Source: Escherichia coli (GTDB lineage Bacteria > Pseudomonadota > Gammaproteobacteria > Enterobacterales > Enterobacteriaceae). From it: DNA of 64,000 nt. Positions 1-10,081 of this stretch are shown in pieces. Each line of letters starts with the position of its first letter. The stretch's first letter is position 1. The DNA lies in the NCBI RefSeq assembly GCF_044324875.1, contig NZ_CP172185.1. The stretch is one strand, 5' to 3'. A program made the position numbers and the translations under genes. The notes below the pieces were generated by a model. That model did not search any database, was not told the DNA's origin, and was given only the letters and a program-made list of their open reading frames with translations.

Positions 1-845
1 TTTATCGTTTTCGTGGTGCCAGCAATGCACTGTCGCATCCGGCACTGAACGGGGCGGACCGTCTCTGGCTGACGCAAAGTTTTCGTTTTGGTCCTGCCGT
101 GGCCGGGGTGGCCAGCCAGTTACTGAAGCGTGCCGGCGAGAGCCGTGAGGTGACCGGCAGGGGCGGGGATGATGAAGTGCTGACGGCAGGTGAAATGCGT
201 GCGCGCGTGAAGGCAGGGAAGATGACCGGTCACAGGGCGATACTGAGCCGGACGGTGGCCGGTGTGATTGGCACCGCACTGATGGCGGCAATGCGTGGCA
301 GGAAGGTTTACTGGGTGGGGGGCATTGAAGGCTACAGAACGGAGGCACTGGAAGATCTTTACTGGTTTCAGATGGATATGCCGGAGCGGATGCACAGTGA
401 CAGACTGCGGAAGGACTACCGGGGTTTTGACGAGTACCGTCATATTGCGAAGGTGACGAAGGATGTGGAAATGAATCAGTCCATTCGTCTGCTGGAGCTG
501 TGCTTTCCGCTGCCGAAGAAACTCGAACTTCTCAGAAAGCACACCGTCACGAATGAACAGGAGGCGGATATCACGGTCTCAACGGCACACCGCAGTAAGG
601 GACTGGAGTGGTCACTGGTGGTACTCGATGATGATTTTCAGGATATCACCGACCCGCTGATAAGCGAGCAGGAGCGGCGGGATGAAACCAATCTGCTCTA
701 TGTGGCGGTCACCCGGGCGCGCAGAACGCTGGTTCTCAATGAACTCATGCAGCAGCTGACGGAAGCTGCCGGCGATGGTGGTGCACCCGGAAACGCGCCG
801 GTGCAGGGGAAGGAAGACGATGGTGTGGAGGGAGAGGATGTTTAA
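1..845 (+). CDS. Superfamily-1 (UvrD/RecD-like) DNA helicase, C-terminal part; 5' end lies outside the window
   Basis: Frame 3 is open from position 3 to the stop at 843-845. Translation shows SF1 motifs: YRFRGA (motif III-like) at the window edge, TAHRSKGLEW (motif V), YVAVTRAR (motif VI). Confidence 0.6.
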   Translation, partial: YRFRGASNALSHPALNGADRLWLTQSFRFGPAVAGVASQLLKRAGESREVTGRGGDDEVLTAGEMRARVKAGKMTGHRAILSRTVAGVIGTALMAAMRGRKVYWVGGIEGYRTEALEDLYWFQMDMPERMHSDRLRKDYRGFDEYRHIAKVTKDVEMNQSIRLLELCFPLPKKLELLRKHTVTNEQEADITVSTAHRSKGLEWSLVVLDDDFQDITDPLISEQERRDETNLLYVAVTRARRTLVLNELMQQLTEAAGDGGAPGNAPVQGKEDDGVEGEDV

Positions 846-2367
846 GCGGTTCAGACGTATGCTGCCCGGCACAAAGGGCACGGAGCCTGGCGTGGTCGCG
901 CCGGTGATACCGGCAGGGTTTTATGCGCCGCTCACGGCAGAGGCACTGTTATCACCAGAGCACAGGGAGCTGAGGCTCAGGCAGGTCTGGGATAACAATC
1001 CGATGCCCCGTGATGTATACGACAGGATGTGCCTTGAACCACTCAGCCGGCTGCTGCTGAACACCCAGAACGTCCCGGCAACACGGGAAGGACGGTGGTC
1101 CCGTGCCGGTGGATTTGGTGATCTGACGGTACTGTACACCACGTATGCCGTTCGTCTGGCAAGAGGGTACATGTTTCCACCGGATGCGACCCCGGAAGAC
1201 CAGGCGGCTCAGGCCGCAGTCTGGCATGCGGTGATTTTCTGGTCAGCGCTGTTTTACCACCTGCCCCTGCTGGCGCACCTTGAGGGGGAACTGCTGAGTG
1301 GGCGGGGCTGGCAGCCAGGAATTTCTGTGCCTGACGAACCTTTCCGTTTCCGGTTCAGGAAGACGGCGCCGCAGGGTACGGAAGCGCAACAACTTGCGGC
1401 CCTGACTGCCGGCACGCTGTTACCGGACGGCGCAACGGCCTGGCTTGTGACGGCGCCGGGCGCACTGCAGAATCTGGCCGGGGCGCTCTGGCATCAGCAT
1501 CCCGGGATGGCGCTGATTCGTGATGTGCTGCAGGAAGCGGCAAGGCAGACAGAGAGTCCGCTGAATACCTGCGCTGTCACTGCGCCGGTTACTGCGGAGG
1601 CTTCAGCAGACATCCGTCCTGCTGACCCGGTGGTGACCGGCAGCACGGACAGTGTGGTGGCAGTCACTGAGGTGCAGCCGGCAGAGGAGGTGAAGACTGA
1701 GAGCGTGCAGACAGAGACTGAAGGTGGTGGTGAGTCCGCCGGGGCGTCAGAGGTGCCGTCCGCACAGCAGGAACTGACGGTTCAGACAGCGCCAGTGGTG
1801 ACGGCAGATGATGAAGCGGTCAGTGCTGCTCCTGCGGATCAGGACACAGCAATGCTGCTGAGTCTTTTTTCAGCAGATGAGTCCGAAACTGCTGAACCTG
1901 AAAACAGTATTAAATCGTCAGCCGATCGGGACGGCCAAAGTGACGTACCGGCAGTACAGGGAGAACAAACCAGCGTTATTTATCCGGAGGGCGAAGCAGA
2001 TACGGAAGAGGTGGATTTTATTACTTGGCTGAAATCGGGGTTGTCATCGGGGATGATTGAAATAAATACACCTTCCGCGAGAGTGCATTGTATTGCGGGG
2101 TATGTTTTTTTGTGTGTCCCGGATATTTTTTATCTGTATCAGAAAATGACGGGAAGCCGTCGTGACCGCAGGAGTGTTCAGGCGTTGTTTGAACGTTCCC
2201 GTATTCACAAAATCCGGGAAGGTGAGCGTTTTTTCAGCCTGCATCTGTATAGTGTACCTGACAGAACAGGGAGTTATAAAGCTGTAAGCGGATATCTGGT
2301 TAAAAGCCGTTATCTGTGTGGTTATAACGCAGTGCCCGGGGACAGTGAATACATTGCTTTTCCATAA
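775..2367 (+). CDS. Hypothetical island protein (530 aa as maximal ORF) with a central acidic low-complexity linker
   Basis: Long ORF overlapping the helicase stop. Alternative starts at 820 (AGGAAG upstream) or 838. Residues ~265-420 are rich in T/E/A/V/S/D/Q; N- and C-terminal parts look globular. No family recognised from memory. Confidence 0.5.
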   Translation: MVVHPETRRCRGRKTMVWRERMFKRFRRMLPGTKGTEPGVVAPVIPAGFYAPLTAEALLSPEHRELRLRQVWDNNPMPRDVYDRMCLEPLSRLLLNTQNVPATREGRWSRAGGFGDLTVLYTTYAVRLARGYMFPPDATPEDQAAQAAVWHAVIFWSALFYHLPLLAHLEGELLSGRGWQPGISVPDEPFRFRFRKTAPQGTEAQQLAALTAGTLLPDGATAWLVTAPGALQNLAGALWHQHPGMALIRDVLQEAARQTESPLNTCAVTAPVTAEASADIRPADPVVTGSTDSVVAVTEVQPAEEVKTESVQTETEGGGESAGASEVPSAQQELTVQTAPVVTADDEAVSAAPADQDTAMLLSLFSADESETAEPENSIKSSADRDGQSDVPAVQGEQTSVIYPEGEADTEEVDFITWLKSGLSSGMIEINTPSARVHCIAGYVFLCVPDIFYLYQKMTGSRRDRRSVQALFERSRIHKIREGERFFSLHLYSVPDRTGSYKAVSGYLVKSRYLCGYNAVPGDSEYIAFP

Positions 2368-2397
2368 CAGCACCGGGTCATTCATCCGTTCAGGGAG

Positions 2398-3510
2398 ATG
2401 TATTCCCCTATGAAGAAAGATGTCGAAAAAATAACGTGGGAGGAATTACTCTTTGAGTACTTCCTTGAGAAAAATCTTAAACCTGATACTGAACACAGCT
2501 ACCGCAAAGTTGTCCGTCTGTTTGATAAGTTCCTGGGCGGTGATTCCTGGCCCGGCGATGTCACACCGAGAGACATTCAGCGATGGCGACGTCATATGCT
2601 TAAAGATCAGGGGCGTTCAGTAAACACCTGGAATAACAGAGTGTCACATCTCCGACCGCTCCTGGCGCTTGGGATCAAGAAAAAGTGGTTACCACAGACG
2701 GAAAATCCGCTTGATGGCACTTCAGTGCCCGGGGCATCAAAACAGAAAAAAACGCTCACTGATAAAGAGATGGTCAGGATTTACCGTACAGTTCAGGCTT
2801 TTGCTGAAGCTGAGGCCAATAAGATGGTGATCTGTGACAGGCGGCGCAATGCGATGTACCCTGCATGGTACTGGCTGATCGTGCTGGATACGCTGCGCTT
2901 CACGGGGATGCGTTTTAACCAGCTGAAACATATCAGGCTGAAGGATATTCATGAGGATGAGGCGGTGATTACCCTTCAGCTGGAAGGGAGTAAAACCCGA
3001 CGTGAATGGCGTGTGCCGATTGTGGAATCGTTACGACTTTCACTGAAACATCTTATTGAGTGCGCCCGTGTCAATGGTGCGTCGGATAATGACTATCTCT
3101 TTGATGTCTGCCTGTACAGCGAGCATTACAGTCCCGGGAAATACCAGTACTGTGCCAAAAGAGCGCATCAGTCGGTCAAATCTTTTTTCCGCAGACTGAG
3201 CCGTGAATGTGGTTTTTTTGTCTCGTCACACAGATTCAGACACACACTGGCAACAAAGCTGATGGCGGCACCGGAGCGTAATCTGCACATGGTCAAATCC
3301 ATTCTGGGGCACAGGAGTGTTGCCACCACCATGGAGTATATTGATTTTTCGGTGGAAGTTGCTGCTGAGGCACTGGAGGCTGAACTCGGTTTATCCACGG
3401 ATGAGGCGACAAAAAGACGGATTAAAGAGGCGAAAAAACGCCGTGAGGCCAGTACCGGGAAAAAGGAAAAACAGGAAAGTTCTGGAGGGGAACTTTCTGA
3501 CAAGGAATAA
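2398..3510 (+). CDS. int: Tyrosine-type site-specific recombinase / integrase
   Basis: Conserved catalytic signature: TGMR..QL (box I Arg), HRFRHT (HxxR), GHRSVATTMEY (His and Tyr nucleophile). Adjacent to the tRNA 3' end. Start may be the ATG at 2410. Confidence 0.8.
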   Translation: MYSPMKKDVEKITWEELLFEYFLEKNLKPDTEHSYRKVVRLFDKFLGGDSWPGDVTPRDIQRWRRHMLKDQGRSVNTWNNRVSHLRPLLALGIKKKWLPQTENPLDGTSVPGASKQKKTLTDKEMVRIYRTVQAFAEAEANKMVICDRRRNAMYPAWYWLIVLDTLRFTGMRFNQLKHIRLKDIHEDEAVITLQLEGSKTRREWRVPIVESLRLSLKHLIECARVNGASDNDYLFDVCLYSEHYSPGKYQYCAKRAHQSVKSFFRRLSRECGFFVSSHRFRHTLATKLMAAPERNLHMVKSILGHRSVATTMEYIDFSVEVAAEALEAELGLSTDEATKRRIKEAKKRREASTGKKEKQESSGGELSDKE

Positions 3511-3713
3511 ACATGCTTGACATCGGACCAGAATGGTGTAAGCATTTTTGCGTATGCGAGAGCGTGACACCTGTTACCAGCAGGTGCCACGCTTGAGGAT
3601 ACGATACTGAAACCACAGTGTAACCAGACTTACACGGAGATTTCGTTATGACCGGATCCTGTATTAGACGCCCGTTAAGGATCTCATCCCTTAACCAGCG
3701 TACTTTGATGCGT

Positions 3714-3789
3714 TTGGTGCCCGGAGGCGGAATCGAACCACCGACACGGGGATTTTCAATCCCCTGCTCTACCGACTGAGCTATCCGGG
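3714..3789 (-). tRNA. pheV: tRNA-Phe (GAA anticodon), 76 nt including CCA
   Basis: Reverse complement is GCCCGGATAGCTCAGTCGGTAGAGCAGGGGATTGAAAATCCCCGTGTCGGTGGTTCGATTCCGCCTCCGGGCACCA. Matches E. coli tRNA-Phe except for the T-stem (see findings). Confidence 0.9.
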
Positions 3790-3895
3790 CAACGGGGCGC
3801 ATTAAACCTGATTCGCCTCGTCTCGTCAATCAAATTTCTTCAATTTACTGCAGACTGCACAATCTATCATCACTTTGCCGCTAATGCACGCATTG

Positions 3896-4624
3896 TCAGG
3901 CAAACCAGGCGGTCCAGGCGGCGGAAAGCGGCATTGCCAGAAGGAGTGCTGGAAGCATGTTGACCACCGGGAACATTTTAATGCCACAGATGCGTAATCC
4001 GGTTGCCAGCAGCAATAAACCGCCTACGGCGCTGAAGTCTGCCATCATCGACGGTGTGGTCAGCGGTAATATCAGCGCGGCAGCCCACGCCAGCGTTAAC
4101 TGGATGATCAGTAATGGGATACTAATTACCGACACCGCAATACCCAACGAGCAGGCGAAGATCATCGCCGTAAAGAAATCGAGAAATGACTTGGCGATTA
4201 AAATACTCGGATCGCCGGTCATCCCTTCGTTCATCGCCCCGAAGATCCCGGTGCCGCTGGCGCAAAACAGGACAATAATCGCGACATAATTCTGAATAAA
4301 AGATTCATGCGCTGGCTTCTTACGTGAGTGGCGAAACAGATTTTGTGCTTTGGTGACCGCGGTATTGACGCCTTTTTCCAGCAGACAAATTTCGCCGATT
4401 AATGCACCGAGTAAGGTTGCTAACACCATCGCCGGAAGGTTGGCGCATTTCACCACCAGTAAAATACCAATCCCCAGCGATGCCAGACCAAAAATTGATG
4501 TCATGGAGACGCGGATACGTTCCGGTAAGCGTTGGCTAAGGAGTGCACCGAGAACGCCACCCAGTAATACTGCACTTGCGTTGATAAAAGGACCGATGAC
4601 CACAAGAGTTCCTGTTAGCTGCAT
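3896..4624 (-). CDS. yqgA: Inner-membrane protein YqgA (DUF554 family)
   Basis: Polytopic hydrophobic ORF; sequence and position match K-12 YqgA between pheV and speC. Confidence 0.85.
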   Translation of the reverse strand: MQLTGTLVVIGPFINASAVLLGGVLGALLSQRLPERIRVSMTSIFGLASLGIGILLVVKCANLPAMVLATLLGALIGEICLLEKGVNTAVTKAQNLFRHSRKKPAHESFIQNYVAIIVLFCASGTGIFGAMNEGMTGDPSILIAKSFLDFFTAMIFACSLGIAVSVISIPLLIIQLTLAWAAALILPLTTPSMMADFSAVGGLLLLATGLRICGIKMFPVVNMLPALLLAMPLSAAWTAWFA

Positions 4625-4995
4625 TGTCTGATTTTCTTATTATGAACGTTTGGCTCCTTCGATGGCTTGTTTGTTCGCAAAGTCCTGGCTTGCACGCTCT
4701 GCTGAAAGGTGCCATGATTGCGCGAATTTTCTCCTCTCTGTACGGAGTTTGCCCGATGCACGCCATCTCCTTACATTCTCTCGCTTATCGCCGTTTCGCG
4801 CGAAACTCCTCGCCTTTTCTGCTCATGCGGTGAAGTTAACGCACGCTCACTGCAGGACAACAGTAAAATCAGAGCGTTTCTGCTTTTACTGATGTCTGGC
4901 GGTCGGAGCTGGTGACCAGTTTGACCCATATCTCGTGGGGCAGGGTTTTTCACCTTGTCCGGTATTCTTACTTCCCCGAAACGGGTTTTGCGCTT

Positions 4996-7131
4996 ATGAA
5001 ATCAATGAATATTGCCGCCAGTAGTGAACTGGTATCCCGACTTTCTACTCATCGCCGCGTGGTGGCGTTGAGAGATACTGATTTTACGGACGTCGCGGCA
5101 GTCGTCATTACCGCTGCGGATAGCCGCAGTGGCATTCTTGCGTTGCTTAAGCGCACCGGTTTTCATCTACCGGTGTTTTTGTATTCCGAACATGTTGTTG
5201 AATTACCTGCGGGCGTTACGGCGGTAATCAACGGCAACGAGCAGCAGTGGCTGGAGCTGGAATCCGCAGCCTGTCAGTATGAAGAGAATTTGCTGCCACC
5301 GTTTTATGACACGCTGACGCAGTACGTTGAGATGGGCAACAGCACTTTTGCTTGCCCTGGACATCAACATGGTGCGTTCTTTAAAAAGCATCCTGCCGGA
5401 CGCCATTTTTACGATTTCTTTGGTGAGAACATCTTTCGCGCCGATATGTGTAACGCTGACGTAAAATTGGGCGATCTGCTTATTCATGAAGGATCGGCGA
5501 AAGATGCGCAGAAATTCGCAGCCAAAGTCTTTCATGCCGATAAAACCTATTTTGTCCTGAACGGCACATCGGCAGCGAATAAAGTGGTGACGAATGCGCT
5601 GTTAACGCGTGGCGATCTGGTGCTCTTCGACCGTAACAACCATAAGTCGAATCATCACGGTGCGCTGATTCAGGCGGGGGCGACGCCGGTTTATCTGGAA
5701 GCTTCACGTAACCCGTTTGGTTTCATTGGCGGTATTGATGCGCACTGTTTTAATGAAGAGTATCTGCGCCAGCAAATTCGCGACGTTGCGCCAGAAAAAG
5801 CTGAGTTGCCGCGCCCGTTTCGCCTGGCGATTATTCAGCTGGGAACCTATGACGGCACTGTCTATAACGCCCGCCAGGTGATCGATACCGTTGGGCATCT
5901 GTGTGATTACATTCTGTTTGATTCCGCGTGGGTCGGTTACGAACAATTTATACCGATGATGGCGGATAGCTCGCCGCTGCTGTTAGAACTTAACGAAAAC
6001 GATCCGGGGATTTTTGTGACCCAGTCGGTGCACAAACAGCAGGCGGGATTCTCACAGACGTCGCAGATCCATAAAAAAGATAACCATATCCGCGGACAGG
6101 CGCGTTTTTGCCCGCATAAGCGGTTGAATAATGCCTTTATGCTCCATGCTTCTACCAGCCCGTTCTATCCGCTGTTTGCTGCACTGGACGTTAACGCCAA
6201 AATTCATGAAGGGGAGAGTGGGCGTCGGCTGTGGGCGGAGTGCGTTGAGATAGGGATTGAAGCGCGCAAGGCTATTCTTGCGCACTGTAAGCTGTTCCGC
6301 CCGTTTATCCCGCCCGTTGTTGATGGCAAATTGTGGCAGGATTATCCGACGTCAGTGTTAGCCAGCGACCGCCGTTTTTTCAGTTTTGAGCCGGGGGCGA
6401 AGTGGCACGGCTTTGAAGGATATGCCGCGGATCAGTATTTTGTTGATCCGTGCAAGCTGTTACTCACTACACCAGGTATTAATGCCGAAACTGGCGAATA
6501 TAGCGACTTTGGCGTTCCGGCGACGATTCTGGCGCACTATCTGCGTGAGAACGGCATTGTGCCGGAGAAGTGCGATCTCAATTCCATTCTGTTCTTATTA
6601 ACGCCGGCGGAAAGCCACGAGAAGCTGGCACAACTGGTGGCGATGCTGGCGCAATTTGAACAGCATATTGAGGATGACTCACCGCTGGCTGAGGTGTTGC
6701 CGAGCGTTTATAACAAATATCCGGTGCGCTATCGCGACTACACCCTGCGCCAGTTGTGTCAGGAGATGCACGATCTGTATGTCAGTTTCGACGTCAAAGA
6801 CCTACAAAAAGCGATGTTCCGCCAGCAGAGTTTCCCGTCAGTGGTGATGAACCCCCAGGATGCGCATAGCGCTTATATTCGCGGTGAAGTGGAGTTGGTG
6901 CGGATTCGTGATGCCGAAGGGCGAATTGCGGCAGAAGGGGCGTTGCCTTATCCACCAGGCGTGCTTTGCGTGGTACCCGGAGAAGTCTGGGGTGGGGCGG
7001 TTCAACGTTATTTCCTTGCGCTGGAAGAAGGGGTGAATTTGTTGCCGGGATTTTCGCCGGAGCTGCAAGGTGTCTATAGCGAAACCGATGCAGATGGCAT
7101 GAAACGATTGTACGGTTATGTGTTGAAGTAA
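4996..7131 (+). CDS. speC: Ornithine decarboxylase, constitutive
   Basis: Translation from MKSMNIAASSELVSRL matches SpeC over its full length; start chosen at the conserved N-terminus inside the longer ORF. Confidence 0.95.
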   Translation: MKSMNIAASSELVSRLSTHRRVVALRDTDFTDVAAVVITAADSRSGILALLKRTGFHLPVFLYSEHVVELPAGVTAVINGNEQQWLELESAACQYEENLLPPFYDTLTQYVEMGNSTFACPGHQHGAFFKKHPAGRHFYDFFGENIFRADMCNADVKLGDLLIHEGSAKDAQKFAAKVFHADKTYFVLNGTSAANKVVTNALLTRGDLVLFDRNNHKSNHHGALIQAGATPVYLEASRNPFGFIGGIDAHCFNEEYLRQQIRDVAPEKAELPRPFRLAIIQLGTYDGTVYNARQVIDTVGHLCDYILFDSAWVGYEQFIPMMADSSPLLLELNENDPGIFVTQSVHKQQAGFSQTSQIHKKDNHIRGQARFCPHKRLNNAFMLHASTSPFYPLFAALDVNAKIHEGESGRRLWAECVEIGIEARKAILAHCKLFRPFIPPVVDGKLWQDYPTSVLASDRRFFSFEPGAKWHGFEGYAADQYFVDPCKLLLTTPGINAETGEYSDFGVPATILAHYLRENGIVPEKCDLNSILFLLTPAESHEKLAQLVAMLAQFEQHIEDDSPLAEVLPSVYNKYPVRYRDYTLRQLCQEMHDLYVSFDVKDLQKAMFRQQSFPSVVMNPQDAHSAYIRGEVELVRIRDAEGRIAAEGALPYPPGVLCVVPGEVWGGAVQRYFLALEEGVNLLPGFSPELQGVYSETDADGMKRLYGYVLK

Positions 7132-7132
7132 G

Positions 7133-7170
7133 AAAAAAACGGGTCACCTTCTGGCGACCCGTTTTTCTTT
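7133..7170. terminator. Bidirectional intrinsic terminator between convergent speC and nupG
   Basis: Hairpin CGGGTCACC/GGCGACCCG flanked by an A-run and a T-run. Confidence 0.5.
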
Positions 7171-7176
7171 GCGTAA

Positions 7177-8433
7177 TTAGTGGCTCATCGTCTGTGTGCC
7201 TGTCGGGACACGAACGTGTTTATATTTGAACATCGCCATGAACGCGAAGGCCAGAACCACGGAGTAACCAGCGAAAATCAACCATACGGTCTGCCAGTCG
7301 GTAATGCCGTTTTGGGTGTACATCTCAACAACTTTACCGCTCACGATGCCGCCAAGGATACAGCCGAAGCCGTTAGTCATCATCAGGAACATCCCCTGCG
7401 CACTGGCGCGAATTGCCGGGCTAACTTCTTTTTCGACAAACACCGAACCAGAGATGTTGAAGAAGTCGAATGCGCAACCGTAAACGATCATCGACAGTAC
7501 CAGCAGCACGGTACCGAACGGAGTCGGGTCGCCGTAAGCAAACAGCGCAAAACGCAGGATCCACGCCACAATACTGATCATCATTACGTTCTTAATACCG
7601 TAGCGGCTTAAGAAGAACGGGATAGTCAGAATGAACAGGGTTTCAGAGATCTGCGAAATCGACATGATGATTGACGCATGCTGCACAATAAAGCTGCTGG
7701 CAAACATCGGATCTTTGTCGAAGCTGTGCAGGAAGGTATTACCGAACATGTTGGTAATCTGCAGTTCCGCGCCCAGCAGCATTGAGAAGATGAAGAAGAT
7801 TGCCATACGCTTGTTTTTAAACAGCGCGAATGCATCGAGGCCCAGCAGGGTTGTCCAGCTCTGATTCGCTTGCTGTTTAGCAACCGGAATATGCGGCAGA
7901 GTCAAGGTAAACAGAACCAGAATGGCGGAAAGTGCTGCGCCAATATACAGCTGCATGTGGCTTAATTCGAAGCCAGACAGGCTCACCACCCACATTGCCA
8001 TGATAAAGCCGATGGTGCCCCAGATACGGATTGGCGGGAAGTCAGTAACGATATCCATCCCGGCATTTTGCAGGCGATAGTAAGAGATGGTGTTGATTAA
8101 CCCAAGCGTTGGCATATAAGCAAACGAGTTAATCAATATCACAAGGAACATCGCCTCCGGCGTCGTGACCTGTGCCGCCATGAACAGCGTGATAGCGCCA
8201 ATGGTGTGGCAAATGGCATATACCCATTTCGCACTTAACCATTTGTCGGCCACAATCCCCAGCAGCGCAGGCATAAAGACCGCGGCGATACCCAGTGAAC
8301 TATAAACTGCGCCAATAGAAGCACCGTCAAACTTCAGGGTAACAAACATATAGGAGCCGAGGGTCGTCAGCCAACTTCCCCACAGACAGAACTGCAGAAA
8401 AGAGAGGATTTTCAGCTGCAGCTTAAGATTCAT
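7177..8433 (-). CDS. nupG: Nucleoside:H+ symporter
   Basis: Translation from MNLKLQLKILSFLQF matches NupG (418 aa). Confidence 0.95.
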   Translation of the reverse strand: MNLKLQLKILSFLQFCLWGSWLTTLGSYMFVTLKFDGASIGAVYSSLGIAAVFMPALLGIVADKWLSAKWVYAICHTIGAITLFMAAQVTTPEAMFLVILINSFAYMPTLGLINTISYYRLQNAGMDIVTDFPPIRIWGTIGFIMAMWVVSLSGFELSHMQLYIGAALSAILVLFTLTLPHIPVAKQQANQSWTTLLGLDAFALFKNKRMAIFFIFSMLLGAELQITNMFGNTFLHSFDKDPMFASSFIVQHASIIMSISQISETLFILTIPFFLSRYGIKNVMMISIVAWILRFALFAYGDPTPFGTVLLVLSMIVYGCAFDFFNISGSVFVEKEVSPAIRASAQGMFLMMTNGFGCILGGIVSGKVVEMYTQNGITDWQTVWLIFAGYSVVLAFAFMAMFKYKHVRVPTGTQTMSH

Positions 8434-8549
8434 GTTAATTTCCTCACATCGTGATGCGGATGAGTGTTTGAAAAAGCACATTTGACCGTGCGAGATGATG
8501 GGATTCTATCAACTTCGCGGACTGTTTTTTTGTTACCTGCGGCAAATAA

Positions 8550-8572
8550 TTGCAAACATTCCCAATTTGCAA
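8550..8572. promoter_or_regulatory. Inverted repeat TTGCAAA-N9-TTTGCAA, candidate CytR-type operator in the nupG promoter region
   Basis: Seen in sequence; nupG is a known CytR/CRP-regulated gene. Assignment is inference. Confidence 0.3.
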
Positions 8573-8576
8573 AACG

Positions 8577-8600
8577 AAATTGTGATGCGGATAACATTTT
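8577..8600. promoter_or_regulatory. Candidate CRP site (TGTGA-N6-TAACA) upstream of nupG
   Basis: aaatTGTGAtgcggaTAACAtttt, about 150 bp upstream of the nupG start. Confidence 0.35.
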
Positions 8601-8634
8601 TGCCCCTGAGCATCGTCAGGGGCGGTTAGTGGAA

Positions 8635-9741
<1,107 letters not shown>

Positions 9742-9778
9742 TTATGCAAGTTGCCGGAGGCGTGCTCCGGCACTGTTT

Positions 9779-10057
<279 letters not shown>

Positions 10058-10081
10058 TCATCCTCTTTATCGACTCACGCG

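Larger units (their letters stand above)
1..3713. mobile_element. Integrase-proximal end of a tRNA-Phe-associated genomic island (partial; continues upstream of the window)
   Basis: Tyrosine recombinase gene ends about 200 bp from the tRNA-Phe 3' end; cargo genes have no counterpart in the K-12 gene order I recall; cargo looks GC-richer than the flank by eye (not computed). Confidence 0.6.

Noticed and set aside
3422-3829. 135-aa minus-strand ORF spanning the tRNA-Phe gene
   Set aside because: It reads straight through a bona fide tRNA, so it is an ORF-finder artefact.
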